Shown: piece by piece, positions 41,152 to 51,091 of the stretch
Layout: the number at the start of each line of letters is the position of its first letter
Numbering within the stretch: the stretch's first letter is position 1
Assembly: GCA_965219995.1 (NCBI GenBank)
Contig: CBDCOX010000002.1
Location: 2,048,001-2,112,000, forward strand
DNA from: Candidatus Latescibacterota bacterium
GTDB taxonomy: Bacteria; Latescibacterota; UBA2968; GCA-2709665
Length of the DNA stretch: 64,000 nt
Reading direction: 5' to 3'
Made by a program: the position numbers and the translations under genes
Notes under the pieces: model-generated
Told to the model about the DNA's origin: nothing
What the model saw: only the letters and a program-made list of their open reading frames with translations
The model's database searches: none

Positions 41152-42057
41152 ATGTCAAAACCCAGAATCGGATTCATCGGACTCGGGATTATGGGAAAAC
41201 CCATGTCCAATCACCTGCTCCAGGCCGGATACGCCGTCATTGTACACAACCGCAGCCGGGAACCCGTGGCCGAACTGGTTGAGGCGGGCGCCGGGGAAGC
41301 CCACTCCCCCGGAGAGGTGGCCGAAAACAGCGACGTGATCATTACCATGTTGCCAGACTCGCCGGACGTTCAGGAAGTCGCCCTCGGACCGGGCGGCATC
41401 ATCGAAGGGGTAAGCCGGGACGACGTCTACATTGACATGAGTACCATCGCGCCCAGCGTTGCCCTCGAGGTTGGCTGGGCGATGGCGGAAAAAGGCGTTC
41501 GATGCCTGGATGCGCCCGTGAGCGGAGGCGACGTGGGCGCACGGAGTGCCACCCTTTCCATCATGGTGGGCGGCGAGGAGGAGGTATTCGATTCAGTACG
41601 ACCGATCTTCGCTGCAATGGGTCAGAATATCGTGCTGTGCGGGCCTCTGGGCGCGGGGCAGACCGTGAAGGCCTGCAACCAGGTTCTGGTTGCCGTCACC
41701 ATCGCCGGCGTGTCGGAAGCGTTGACACTCGGCGCCAGGGCGGGCGTGGACCCGGCAAACATCGTACAGGTTCTGAGCGGGGGCCTCGCCCGCTGCGGCG
41801 TACTCGAGAACCGGGGCGAGCGCATGGTCAACGGCGACTTCGACCCGGGCTTCCGCATCCGGCTTCATTACAAGGACCTCAACATCATCATGAAAACCGG
41901 CAGCGACTACAATGTGCCGCTGCCGGTAACGAGCATCGTTCACGAACTGTTCAATCTGGCGATAGCCAAAGACCGGGGCGAACTGGATCATTCCGGTCTG
42001 CTGACCGTGGTCGAAGACCTGGCCGGTGTGAAGGCGCGAACGCCCGGGGCGCGTTGA
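41152..42057 (+). CDS. 2-hydroxy-3-oxopropionate reductase (GarR/GlxR family)
   Basis: GFIGLGIMGKPM, DAPVSGG, GAGQTVKACNQ, PGFRI.LHYKDL. Confidence 0.88.
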   Translation: MSKPRIGFIGLGIMGKPMSNHLLQAGYAVIVHNRSREPVAELVEAGAGEAHSPGEVAENSDVIITMLPDSPDVQEVALGPGGIIEGVSRDDVYIDMSTIAPSVALEVGWAMAEKGVRCLDAPVSGGDVGARSATLSIMVGGEEEVFDSVRPIFAAMGQNIVLCGPLGAGQTVKACNQVLVAVTIAGVSEALTLGARAGVDPANIVQVLSGGLARCGVLENRGERMVNGDFDPGFRIRLHYKDLNIIMKTGSDYNVPLPVTSIVHELFNLAIAKDRGELDHSGLLTVVEDLAGVKARTPGAR

Positions 42058-42064
42058 CCCGACC

Positions 42065-42634
42065 TCACGCGGTCCAGCGCATGACGTCGTCGAGCGGTTT
42101 TCGGCGGGGCGACGGAATCTCGCTCGGATACCCGGTATAGAAGAATCCGATGATATACTCCCGGTCCGGGTCCATGCCGAGCAATTCGTACGTTTCCTTC
42201 TGCATGGTTATCGGCCCCGTGCTCCACTGCATGCCCACGCCCAGTTCCCAGGCCGCGAGCTGTACGTTCTGCATGGCGCAACAGACCGCCGCGTAGTCCT
42301 CCCGCCGCCGCTGTTCGTCACCATCCTGCACGCAGGAGACCGCGACGATCGTGGGTTTGGACATAAACTTGTCATAACCCGCCTGCCAGAGCTTTTTCCT
42401 GGCATCTTCGCCGGCCTTATCGGACGCCTTGCCCTGCTGGATGTCGCCGTACCTCCGCGCCAGCGTCTTCTTCGTCGTTTCGCCCAGAACGACAAACCGC
42501 CAGGGCTCCGTCACGTGGTGATTCGGCGCCCACAGGCCGAACCCGAAGATGCGCTTCAGCATCTCGTCAGATACGGGCCTGGCGTTGAACTTGAAGATCG
42601 TCCGCCGCGCCTTCAGCACATCGAGTACGTCCAT
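42065..42634 (-). CDS. Nitroreductase family protein
   Basis: RRTI..F, APNHH.TEPWRF, QN..LAA..LG.G..W.TG. Confidence 0.88.
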   Translation of the reverse strand: MDVLDVLKARRTIFKFNARPVSDEMLKRIFGFGLWAPNHHVTEPWRFVVLGETTKKTLARRYGDIQQGKASDKAGEDARKKLWQAGYDKFMSKPTIVAVSCVQDGDEQRRREDYAAVCCAMQNVQLAAWELGVGMQWSTGPITMQKETYELLGMDPDREYIIGFFYTGYPSEIPSPRRKPLDDVMRWTA

Positions 42635-42703
42635 CCCGATCCTCCGAAAAATGAACAGGAGCCCCGGTTAACGTTTCTCCCTGGGGACCTCACAGCCGTT
42701 GAA

Positions 42704-43957
42704 TCATTCCCGCTCTCCCAGCAACCCCTCCGTAACCTTCGTTACCGCACGGGCAGCGGCGTTCGCCTCGGCCACGGTATTGTGCTGGGTCATCCGTATC
42801 GCCCCCACCCGTTCCCCATAGGTCCTGGCATTGGGACACGCCTCGAGCGGATACGCTCCCTTTTCCAGCCGGCCGGGCCTGTAGCTGTTGAACGCCGCGG
42901 GGTCCCGGTGCAGCCTCCGGAATACCTGCCAGCCCACCACGTACTGCTGGGGGTTCCCGAATGCCGGTATCCCTTCCGCGGCGACCATCCGGCAGAAATC
43001 CGGCGCATTCACCCCAAGCACATCCGTGTCGACGGAGAACAGCGCCCACCAGTAACTGGGCTTCGCCCCCGTCGGCTGGGGATGCGGTTTCACCCCCGGC
43101 AGCCCGGAAATCCCCCTGTCGAACGCCTCGCCGAACCCCTGGCGCCTGGCAATCCACTTCGGAACCCGCTTCAGCTGCACCGACGCCAGCGCCGCGTTAA
43201 CGTCGCTGAGCCGCACGTTCAACGCCGGGAAAGCGGGCGTCGCCGGCGCTCCCGGGAACCTGGGATAGCACTTGTCGGAAAAGAGGTCCGCCGTTTCGGC
43301 CAGTTTCCGCCGCCGCGTAAGGACAAACCCGCCCTCGCCCGACTTCATGTGTTTGCTCTCGTTCGTGCTCCACGCGCCGAGTTGTCCGAACGTGCCGAGA
43401 TACCTGCCCTTGATGGAAGCGAGATGCGCTTGGGCGCAATCCTCGATCACCATCAGCCGGTGGCGGCGGGCGACCCGCATGACCGCGGGCATATCCACGG
43501 CGTACCCCCCGTTATGGATCGGCATGATCGCACGGGTATGAGGTGTGATCGCCGCTTCCATCGCCCCCACGTCCATCAGCAGCCCGTCCGGCTGCACGTC
43601 GGCGAAAACCGGGATCGCGTTCAACTGAAAGATCCCCATAATGCTGCCGTAGTCGGTCAGGGGGCTCAATATCACCTCATCCCCCGCGCCGATGCCCGCG
43701 GCAGCCAAAGCCACGTGGATGGCCGCGCTCCCGGAGCTGGTGGGCACGGCATACGGCAGCCCGTAAAGCTTCTGCAGCCCGTCTCGATAGGCCATCACGG
43801 CCCTGCCGCGCGCCAGCGGCAGCGCCGGACCGGAAAGCAGCTTCTCCAGCGCGGCCAGTTCCTCCCTGAAATGGAACGCTCCCGAACGCCACGGTCTGCT
43901 GTGTACCGGCCTGCCGCCGTGGGCCGCCAGATCGGACTTCCTCGAGCCTTTTGCCAA
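42704..43957 (-). CDS. DegT/DnrJ/EryC1/StrS PLP-dependent aminotransferase
   Basis: SSG.AAIH, GIGAGDEVI, IEDCAQAH, S.NESKH..SGEGG. Confidence 0.9.
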   Translation of the reverse strand: MAKGSRKSDLAAHGGRPVHSRPWRSGAFHFREELAALEKLLSGPALPLARGRAVMAYRDGLQKLYGLPYAVPTSSGSAAIHVALAAAGIGAGDEVILSPLTDYGSIMGIFQLNAIPVFADVQPDGLLMDVGAMEAAITPHTRAIMPIHNGGYAVDMPAVMRVARRHRLMVIEDCAQAHLASIKGRYLGTFGQLGAWSTNESKHMKSGEGGFVLTRRRKLAETADLFSDKCYPRFPGAPATPAFPALNVRLSDVNAALASVQLKRVPKWIARRQGFGEAFDRGISGLPGVKPHPQPTGAKPSYWWALFSVDTDVLGVNAPDFCRMVAAEGIPAFGNPQQYVVGWQVFRRLHRDPAAFNSYRPGRLEKGAYPLEACPNARTYGERVGAIRMTQHNTVAEANAAARAVTKVTEGLLGERE

Positions 43958-43988
43958 ACCACCCTCCTCCGGTTTCCCGTCTGCTGAA

Positions 43989-45083
43989 TTATATCGTATA
44001 TGCTTCCAACACCTCTCTGTCGATCTCGATACCCAGACCCGGACGCTGAATCACCGGTACGTACCCGTCCACGGCCAGGATCGGCTCCATGGCGAGTCCG
44101 GTTCGGAGACGATTTTCCGTCATGTCGAATTCAAACAACGACGGGAACGGATTCAACGATTCGGGCGCGTCCGGCAGTGTCGCCTGCCAGTGTATCGTGG
44201 CGGCAAGGCGTATGCTGGTTCCCCACATGTGGGGCAGCACCCGCACGTGGTTGGCGCTTGCCATCGCGGCGACTTTCCGGCATTCCGTAAAACCGCCGGC
44301 GTCGCTGATGTCCGGCTGCACGATATCCAGCCCGCGTTTCTGGATGAGATCACGGAACGCCCACCTCCCCTGGAGCGCCTCGCCCCCTGCAACGCGCACC
44401 CCCAGCGCCTGTCTTATCTCGCGGTAGCCGGCCACGTCGTCGGTCGAGACCGGTTCCTCGTACCACAACAGATCGTTCTCGAGCAACCGACGCCCAACGT
44501 GAATGGCCGTGCCGGTATCGTACCCGCAGTTGGCATCCACCGCAAGGAGAACCGAATCGCCGATCGCACCGCGCACCGCAGCCACGTTCTTAACATCGTA
44601 GTCCACGCCGAAACCGATCTTCATCTTCACGGCCGGGAACCCCAGATCCGCGTAGGACGCCGCCTCGTCGATCAACGACCGGGCCACATCGGCCTTCCGC
44701 CGGCAGAACAGTCCGCTGGCGTATGCCGGAATGCGTTCCCGGAACGCGCCGCCCAGGAGCCGGTACACGGGCCGCTCGAGGACTCTGCCCACGATATCCC
44801 AGAGCGCGATGTCCACCGCGCTCAACTCCGAAAAACCGACCCCGCCGCGCAGATGCAGGTCGTTCCAGATGACTTCGATGTCAAATGGATCGCGGCCCAG
44901 CAGCCGGGCCCGCAGCGCCGCTTCGTTCAGATCCGCGACCCCTTCGCCCCATCCCGTAACGCCCGCGTCCGTGATGACCTCGATCACACCCGCGGTCCGT
45001 GCCGTATTCCAGGCAATCGAGTTTGCAAACGGCTCCTCAAGCGGATACCGGAGATTGTAGACCCTGATGTCGGTGATCTTCAT
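43989..45083 (-). CDS. Mandelate racemase/muconate lactonizing (enolase superfamily) enzyme
   Basis: GWGE, DIALWDI.G, KMKIG, VDAN, WYEEP, GE, QPD, PGLGIE. Confidence 0.9.
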   Translation of the reverse strand: MKITDIRVYNLRYPLEEPFANSIAWNTARTAGVIEVITDAGVTGWGEGVADLNEAALRARLLGRDPFDIEVIWNDLHLRGGVGFSELSAVDIALWDIVGRVLERPVYRLLGGAFRERIPAYASGLFCRRKADVARSLIDEAASYADLGFPAVKMKIGFGVDYDVKNVAAVRGAIGDSVLLAVDANCGYDTGTAIHVGRRLLENDLLWYEEPVSTDDVAGYREIRQALGVRVAGGEALQGRWAFRDLIQKRGLDIVQPDISDAGGFTECRKVAAMASANHVRVLPHMWGTSIRLAATIHWQATLPDAPESLNPFPSLFEFDMTENRLRTGLAMEPILAVDGYVPVIQRPGLGIEIDREVLEAYTI

Positions 45084-45102
45084 TTCGATTCGCAATTCCG
45101 CT

Positions 45103-45903
45103 TCAAACCGCAGTCCGTCGCCGGTTGTATTCCACCGCCTCAGGAAACCGGCTATTCAGGTGGCTCAGCGATTCGGCGATTTCACACTCGCAAGCCGAGC
45201 AGGGGAAAGGCAACGTACCTGTGGCGCGAAATCGTCTCCCGTTTTCGACATGAAAGTCGCCGCATCGGTCCATGAACTGCCCCCAATGCCCCATTGTATA
45301 GCCGATACGGGGATTCACGACTTCGCTCTCCGCCCAGCGAGTCGGAAACAGAGACCGGAAACGCGGCGTGGAATTCATCCAGCTGCTGCAACGAACCATT
45401 GTGACGTCGGGGCGCCGCGCCTGCGAATCCACAAGCATCCGGACCAGCGACGCCGCGAAAGGCGAGAACATCTCGCTCAACGGAGAATCGGGCCTGTAGA
45501 CATTATCGATGTGGATGTTCAATCGACCCGACGACGTATAATCGTAAGACCAGCATTCGTACGGCCGTTCGCCCGACACACCGTCGCCGGCCACCCTCAA
45601 GCGGGCCTCGAGACAGGGCCACAACAATGCCAGCCCCGCGCTTTCAAAGCCCACGGACGAGGAATCACTCTTGCGGCTCACGAAGAGGGACGCCAGCCGG
45701 TCGACCATGCCCCTCCATTCCGGCCCCACGTCCTCGCCGGAGGGGTGGCGCTTCCCGTCGTAGAACGCGGTGTTCCGGTAAATGTTCACCCGCTTGTTCA
45801 CCACGTCGGCGAAGGGTTCCTCGCCTTTCCTCGCCCTGCGCCAGACGTACCACAGGGATAGCTTCGTGAACCCCTTCACATAGCTGAGGCGAATCGGATC
45901 CAT
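45103..45903 (-). CDS. Hypothetical protein, possibly GNAT-like acyltransferase
   Basis: ATG start and co-oriented inside the operon; C-S-W motif (RCSSWMN) and LNIHI resemble GNAT-like acyltransferase domains. Confidence 0.6.
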   Translation of the reverse strand: MDPIRLSYVKGFTKLSLWYVWRRARKGEEPFADVVNKRVNIYRNTAFYDGKRHPSGEDVGPEWRGMVDRLASLFVSRKSDSSSVGFESAGLALLWPCLEARLRVAGDGVSGERPYECWSYDYTSSGRLNIHIDNVYRPDSPLSEMFSPFAASLVRMLVDSQARRPDVTMVRCSSWMNSTPRFRSLFPTRWAESEVVNPRIGYTMGHWGQFMDRCGDFHVENGRRFRATGTLPFPCSACECEIAESLSHLNSRFPEAVEYNRRRTAV

Positions 45904-45960
45904 ACCCGGTTTCGAAATCCAGTGCCCTTCAGACGGGAACGCGCGACATGTCGAGGGAGA

Positions 45961-46851
45961 CTATCCTCTCCCCGGAAACGTCAATTCGGCAACACCCGAC
46001 TTGTCCAGTTCGCCCTTGCCGATTTCGATCATACGGTCGTACTGGCGTTTGGTGGCATCCGCGAGCGGCAGTTGCAACCCGGCGTCGCTTGCCAGGTCCA
46101 GGGCGATGCCTGAATCCTTTGCCGCGTGGGCCGATGAGAAGTAACACTCGTGGTCCCGGGCCACCATGTCCTCCCCGTCGGTTTCCAGCACCCGGGAATT
46201 GGCGCCCGTCTGCGAAAACACCTGCTGGAGCATTTCCAGGTCGAGGCCCATCGCCGCTCCAAGCCCCAACCCTTCCGCCAGTCCCGCCGTATTGATGTTC
46301 ATCACCATATTCACGAGCGCCTTGACCTGCGCCGCCTGTCCGGCCGTTCCGATATACTTCAGGTCCGTACTCATCGAGTCCAGGATCGGCCGCACGTCGT
46401 CGAATACCTCCCGCTTGCCGCCGCACATCAGATAAAGCGTGCCTTCCCGGGCCTGGGTGATGCTGCTTGCCATACACCCTTCAAGGCTCTTCGCGCCTGC
46501 CTGTTCCGCCAGCGTTTCGACGTCGACGTGTACCTGTGGGGTGATGGTTGCGCAATTGATGAAGACTTTCCCGTCCGCACCGTTCAGCAGACTATCGCCT
46601 CCGGTTGAAAAAACCGCACGCATCGCGTCGTCGTCGGTAACGACCGTAATGATCCGGTCCGCCGCCGAGGTGACGCCCGCCAACGTTGCGGATGCCTCGC
46701 ACCCGAGTTCCCGCGCGAGTTCGGAAGCGGCGTCGGACCGGACGTCGTAAACCGAAGTCACCGTAAAGCCGTCGTCCTTCAGATGCCTTGCAATATTCGC
46801 GCCCATTCGCCCGACACCCACCACACCGATTCTGAAATCAGAAGTCGCCAT
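45961..46851 (-). CDS. 3-hydroxyisobutyrate-dehydrogenase-family NAD(P)-dependent oxidoreductase
   Basis: GVGRMG, TVVTDD, KALVNMVMN, HAAKD.GIA. Confidence 0.88.
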   Translation of the reverse strand: MATSDFRIGVVGVGRMGANIARHLKDDGFTVTSVYDVRSDAASELARELGCEASATLAGVTSAADRIITVVTDDDAMRAVFSTGGDSLLNGADGKVFINCATITPQVHVDVETLAEQAGAKSLEGCMASSITQAREGTLYLMCGGKREVFDDVRPILDSMSTDLKYIGTAGQAAQVKALVNMVMNINTAGLAEGLGLGAAMGLDLEMLQQVFSQTGANSRVLETDGEDMVARDHECYFSSAHAAKDSGIALDLASDAGLQLPLADATKRQYDRMIEIGKGELDKSGVAELTFPGRG

Positions 46852-46935
46852 CTTTCCCTCCGGCATACAAAGAGCGTTCAACTGCCGGCACAAAAACAGA
46901 TGCAGCCAACGGTCGAACGCTCCGGTCGGAACCTT

Positions 46936-47370
46936 CTACAGACTATTGTGGAATTCCGTCCAATCGTCCAGATTGTTCAGGTTTACCGCGTCCAGAATCG
47001 ACCCGTCGTCGGCCACACCGGCGGCGGACAGGATCGCACCGCGGGTCTCGTCGTCGTGGTGATATCCGTTAATGGCCGCATTGGAAGCGTCGATTTCATC
47101 CTGAGGAATGCTGCCGCCGCGCTGATCCACCACCCAGTTCTCGAACTCGATATACGTGGGAAGGTTGCTCTTCACGTAGTCCACCGCGGCGTCACGATCG
47201 ACTTTCAATCCGTCCAGCACCATCTGGTCATAACCGGCGCCGCATTCGGGATAGTCGTCCGCCAGCTGACCTTTGGCGGAGAGCGTCAACTTCAACCACA
47301 GCCTGGGGAGGTGGATGGCGCCCAGAGGCCCTGCGACGCCGGAACTGATAAGGGGAATCGTGCCTGCCAT
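46936..47370 (-). CDS. DUF5069 family protein
   Basis: PLISSGVAGPLG..HLPRLW.K, GYD.M, PTY..FE.WV, LNNLDDW..FH; GAAGGAG RBS. Confidence 0.72.
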   Translation of the reverse strand: MAGTIPLISSGVAGPLGAIHLPRLWLKLTLSAKGQLADDYPECGAGYDQMVLDGLKVDRDAAVDYVKSNLPTYIEFENWVVDQRGGSIPQDEIDASNAAINGYHHDDETRGAILSAAGVADDGSILDAVNLNNLDDWTEFHNSL

Positions 47371-47578
47371 AGTGCGTCTCCTTCTGAAGTTGGGGAGTTG
47401 GAGGGAAACCGCGTTATGGACACCGCGGCCAATGCACCCCGTTCATCGGCCCGAGTGACTCATAGATGTACAGGATGAAATCCCTGTCAAGCTGAAAAAC
47501 ACCGGACTTGCGGTACGGCCCGTTCCCGAGACCTCCGGACCCGCGCGCGGCCCCGCAAGTCACTTTCTGAATGCGGTA

Positions 47579-47623
47579 CACAAAACGAGCGGATGAGATC
47601 GACGCTCATCCGCTCGTTTTGTG
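47579..47623. terminator. Strong intrinsic terminator (bidirectional-type hairpin)
   Basis: Perfect 19-bp stem CACAAAACGAGCGGATGAG / CTCATCCGCTCGTTTTGTG with 7-nt loop, just past the stop of the DUF151-UVR gene. Confidence 0.8.
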
Positions 47624-47633
47624 CCGGGTATTC

Positions 47634-48305
47634 TCATGCTTCCCGGCTGTTTTTCAACCGGTCTATTTCGTCCCTGAGTCTGCCCGCTTCTTCGTAACGC
47701 TCCTGCCGGCTGGCCTGCTCCATCTTTCGACGGAGATCGTTGATCCGTACCTCGACGGGATCTCCGGCATCGGCCGATCCGCTCTTAGGGACTTCCGCCA
47801 CCGTCATCAGCGCTTCTTCCTTTTCCTCAGATCGCTTGGGCGGGGTCCAGGCTTCGATGGTCTCGGGTTCCTCGTCTCCCTCACCGGGCGGGTCCTCGTG
47901 TCCGGCTTCGGCGACGACGGCCTCCGATACATAGATCGGCGCTTCGTAACGCAAAGCCAGGGCAACGCAATCGCTCGGACGGGCATCGACACGCCAGCGC
48001 TTCGCGCCGCGGGCCAGCGCCAGTTCCGCGTAAAAGATGCCTTCCTTCAACGTGACAATATAGACGCCTTCGATTGTGGTGTCGAGTTGCCCCAGAATCG
48101 ACCGTACCAGGTCGTGTGTCAGCGGGCGCGGCGGGCGTTCGTTCGTGAGTTCGGCGTAGATGGCGCTGGCCTCCATCAGCCCGATTACGATCGGCAGCAG
48201 CACCTGTTGCTCGCGGTTGCACAGCCAGATCATGCGCGGTTGGGAAACCTGGACGGGTCGTAACGCGTTCAGCGTGCGATCAATGTCGATCTTGACTTCA
48301 ACCAT
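47634..48305 (-). CDS. Bifunctional nuclease (DUF151) with C-terminal UVR domain
   Basis: LPIVIG..EA.AI, RPLTHDL, FYA.L, DARPSD..ALA; C-terminal ERYEEAGRLRDEI. Confidence 0.9.
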   Translation of the reverse strand: MVEVKIDIDRTLNALRPVQVSQPRMIWLCNREQQVLLPIVIGLMEASAIYAELTNERPPRPLTHDLVRSILGQLDTTIEGVYIVTLKEGIFYAELALARGAKRWRVDARPSDCVALALRYEAPIYVSEAVVAEAGHEDPPGEGDEEPETIEAWTPPKRSEEKEEALMTVAEVPKSGSADAGDPVEVRINDLRRKMEQASRQERYEEAGRLRDEIDRLKNSREA

Positions 48306-48404
48306 CGCCTTCCTCAGGGTTTTCATCGCCGGAAACGCGAACCGCAATATACGAAAGCCAGATTCCCCGACAAGGGTAATTTTCGCACTTTTTAAAGCTG
48401 CTTC

Positions 48405-49706
48405 TTAGACGCATTGCGGCGCAAACCGTTCCAACAGGCGAATGCACGCCGCCTCCAGCCGTTCCGCGCTTCCCGGTGCGACTCGCGACCAGGGCCCGGG
48501 CACGACCTCGTATCCGCCCTCTGCATAGGCGCGGTGGATGGGAAAATATCCGATCCATCCATTCGCGTTGCCCGTAACGAACCACGCGCCCGCCCGTTTG
48601 ATCGCAAGCCCCGTCTCCACAAACACCTCCCCCGGAAGTGCGACCCAGCGCAGCCGTCCCAGAGCGATGGCCTGAATCTCGACATGAAGCGGTCCCTCGG
48701 CGAGCTTGCGCGCGAGGCGCAACGCCAGGCGGTCTTGCGAGGACGGATCCCGAACCGCGTTTTTCTCTGCCTCTTCCAACGGCGGACAGGGCCTCGCGTC
48801 CAGTTCCAGTCGATCCGTTATGTACGCAATTCCGGCGGACGGGAGCGGATCCCCCGTCTTCAGCCGGACGATTTCGTCCAGCGCGGCTCGACCCAGCGTT
48901 CGTCCGATCCGGGACACGTCGTCGAAATTGGTCGTTACGCAACTCGAGTTCACATTTCCGCACGCGCCGTTGAGAAAGAGACAGGGCGCGCCGTTGAGCC
49001 CATCTTCCACCGAGGCCGCCAGGGCCCCGGGATAGTCGGCGGACACCGGCGGGAGCAGCATGGCCACGACCGGATGCGCGGCATAGTTCACCATCACGGC
49101 CTGCGGCTGGCCGGTCAGGGCCTCCAGATAAAGAACCGACAGCGCCTCGTCCACGGCCCAGGGTACGGCAGCCTCCCCGCGCGGAGGCAGCGGACCGGCG
49201 CGGTTCAGCGTACCGTCTTTCAGGAGAATTCGCCGATGGCGGGCGACGCCCTGAACCTGCGTCGCCCCTGCATACGCCCGGACCGCGGTCCGCCCTTCCC
49301 ACGCTTCGGTAACCGTTGATGCCAGCGCATCCAGGTGTGCCTCCAGCCAATCCTGAATCCCTTCGGTTTCCCTGAATGGCGTCAGGCCAATGGTTTCAGG
49401 GGTAGAGTGGGAATGGGTGGCCGATAGCATCACGCCTTCTGCAGTCAGACCGGTCCGTTCGGAAATCCGCGAGCGCAGTTCATCGGTGAAATTCCGCCCG
49501 GGCCCCAGAATCGCATTGTCGTAACCGACCGAGTCCACCGCCAGTATCGCGACCGACGCGCAGCCGTCGTCGAGTACCAGAGCCCTGGCGTACAGGTCGT
49601 CGTGGACGCCCTCGAACGGGGCGCAAGTCCCGTTTCCGGAAGACGTCAGATAAGGTACCCACGTGGGCGGGGTCACACACCGCTTTGCCGCGCCGGCCAT
49701 CAGCAA
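48405..49706 (-). CDS. Neutral/alkaline ceramidase-like metallohydrolase
   Basis: GVHDDLYARALV, SATHSHSTP, NYAAHP, SADYPG, NGACGNVN, PGE.F, GY.P...Y..GGYE. Confidence 0.82.
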   Translation of the reverse strand: MLMAGAAKRCVTPPTWVPYLTSSGNGTCAPFEGVHDDLYARALVLDDGCASVAILAVDSVGYDNAILGPGRNFTDELRSRISERTGLTAEGVMLSATHSHSTPETIGLTPFRETEGIQDWLEAHLDALASTVTEAWEGRTAVRAYAGATQVQGVARHRRILLKDGTLNRAGPLPPRGEAAVPWAVDEALSVLYLEALTGQPQAVMVNYAAHPVVAMLLPPVSADYPGALAASVEDGLNGAPCLFLNGACGNVNSSCVTTNFDDVSRIGRTLGRAALDEIVRLKTGDPLPSAGIAYITDRLELDARPCPPLEEAEKNAVRDPSSQDRLALRLARKLAEGPLHVEIQAIALGRLRWVALPGEVFVETGLAIKRAGAWFVTGNANGWIGYFPIHRAYAEGGYEVVPGPWSRVAPGSAERLEAACIRLLERFAPQCV

Positions 49707-49805
49707 CTTCGCGTTCCTCCATTCACCGCTGGCGCCGGGCGCCGCACGAAGTTGGCTCGTGGCCGCGCGATGCGCTCGACTGCCAGCTTGCCATCCGATC
49801 CCGGG

Positions 49806-49834
49806 TTGACACGACCGGTCCGAACGGATAAATT
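49806..49834 (+). promoter_or_regulatory. Putative sigma70 promoter
   Basis: TTGACA-17 bp-TAAATT followed by AGGAG RBS and the ATG at 49863. Confidence 0.55.
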
Positions 49835-49862
49835 ACGCGCATTCGTCAGGAGAGGAGAATCA

Positions 49863-50687
49863 ATGGATCTTTCGCTTTCCGTCCGGGTTGCCGAGAGCTT
49901 CAGCAACAAACGGGTCGTGGACATCGCGCTGCCCGATCTTGCGGGCATTGCAGGAAGGGCCGGATATGCCGCGCTGTGCATGCGCGCATCGGTTGTGGGT
50001 GTCCGGAGCGCCCCCGAAACCGTGGCGTCCGCCCGCGCACTGCTGAGGCGGGAAGGCCTTGCGGTCTCCATGGTGACCGGTGACTTCGCCGTTCCCGAAA
50101 ACGGTGACGACGGCCCGGGCTGCCTGCGGAAAATCACCCCGCACCTGGACCTGGCTCAGGCTCTGGGATGCGATCTCATTCGCGTCTGCATCAAAACGGA
50201 AGCCGACATCCCGTTCGCGCAAAAGTCCGCCGACGAAGCCGCCGACCGGAACATCCGCCTCGCCCACCAGAGCCATACGCTCAGCCTGTTCGAGACCGTG
50301 GAGGGCTCCCTGGACGTCCTCAGAAAAATAGGACGGGCCAACTTCGGACTGATCTACGAGCCGGCCAACCTCGCCCTCTGCGGCGAAGACTACGGGCCCG
50401 ACGCGCTACGAAGATTTCAACCGTACCTGTTCAACGTCTACCTGCAGAACCACGCGCCCGACCCGGAAGGCGATCGGCCGATGACCACCTGGACAAGAGG
50501 TACCGTGATGTCGATTCTACGTCCTCTGGATGCACCCGGAGGCATCGACTTCGGCAGCGTCTTCGAGGGACTGCACGCAATTTCCTACTGCGGCTGCGTC
50601 ACCGTACACCAGGCATTCGGCGGGCGTCTGGCCCCGGACGAAGCCGCCGCCCGATCCGCAAGATACCTCAATTCGTTCATCGATTAG
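49863..50687 (+). CDS. Sugar phosphate isomerase/epimerase (xylose-isomerase-like TIM barrel)
   Basis: LA..LGC..IRV, NFGLIYEPANL, G.IDF..VF..L....Y.G; metal ligands atypical (HQSH, VHQ). Confidence 0.75.
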   Translation: MDLSLSVRVAESFSNKRVVDIALPDLAGIAGRAGYAALCMRASVVGVRSAPETVASARALLRREGLAVSMVTGDFAVPENGDDGPGCLRKITPHLDLAQALGCDLIRVCIKTEADIPFAQKSADEAADRNIRLAHQSHTLSLFETVEGSLDVLRKIGRANFGLIYEPANLALCGEDYGPDALRRFQPYLFNVYLQNHAPDPEGDRPMTTWTRGTVMSILRPLDAPGGIDFGSVFEGLHAISYCGCVTVHQAFGGRLAPDEAAARSARYLNSFID

Positions 50688-51091
50688 TGGCGGCGTCGGG
50701 AGCCGGCTGTCGCTTTCCGCTGCTTCTCAAGTGCCCCCTTCCGCACGTATTCGGCGGTGATTTCGTGTTCGATTCCGCCCCTGACGTTGAACCGGCCGAC
50801 CACCGCCATTTCCACCGGCGCACAGACCTGAACCAGATCGTCCAGAATCCTGTTTGTCACGTCTTCGAAAAATACGCCCCTGTCGCGAAACGACCTGAAA
50901 TAGTACTTGAGCGACTTGAGCTCCACGCAATGCTCGTCCGGAACGTAACGGACCGATATGGTGGCAAAGTCGGGCTGCCCCGTCAGGGGACACAACGACG
51001 TGAATTCCCGGCACGTGAATTCGATCGTGTACTGCCGGCCCGGACGCGGATTTTCGAACACGTCCAGGATTTCGCCAGCCTCATCCTGCAA
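50684..51091 (-). CDS. queF: NADPH-dependent preQ0 reductase (unimodular QueF)
   Basis: EFTSLCPLTGQPDFA with catalytic Cys/Asp, VELKSLKYY QueF motif, F.VRGGI. Confidence 0.92.
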   Translation of the reverse strand: MQDEAGEILDVFENPRPGRQYTIEFTCREFTSLCPLTGQPDFATISVRYVPDEHCVELKSLKYYFRSFRDRGVFFEDVTNRILDDLVQVCAPVEMAVVGRFNVRGGIEHEITAEYVRKGALEKQRKATAGSRRRH

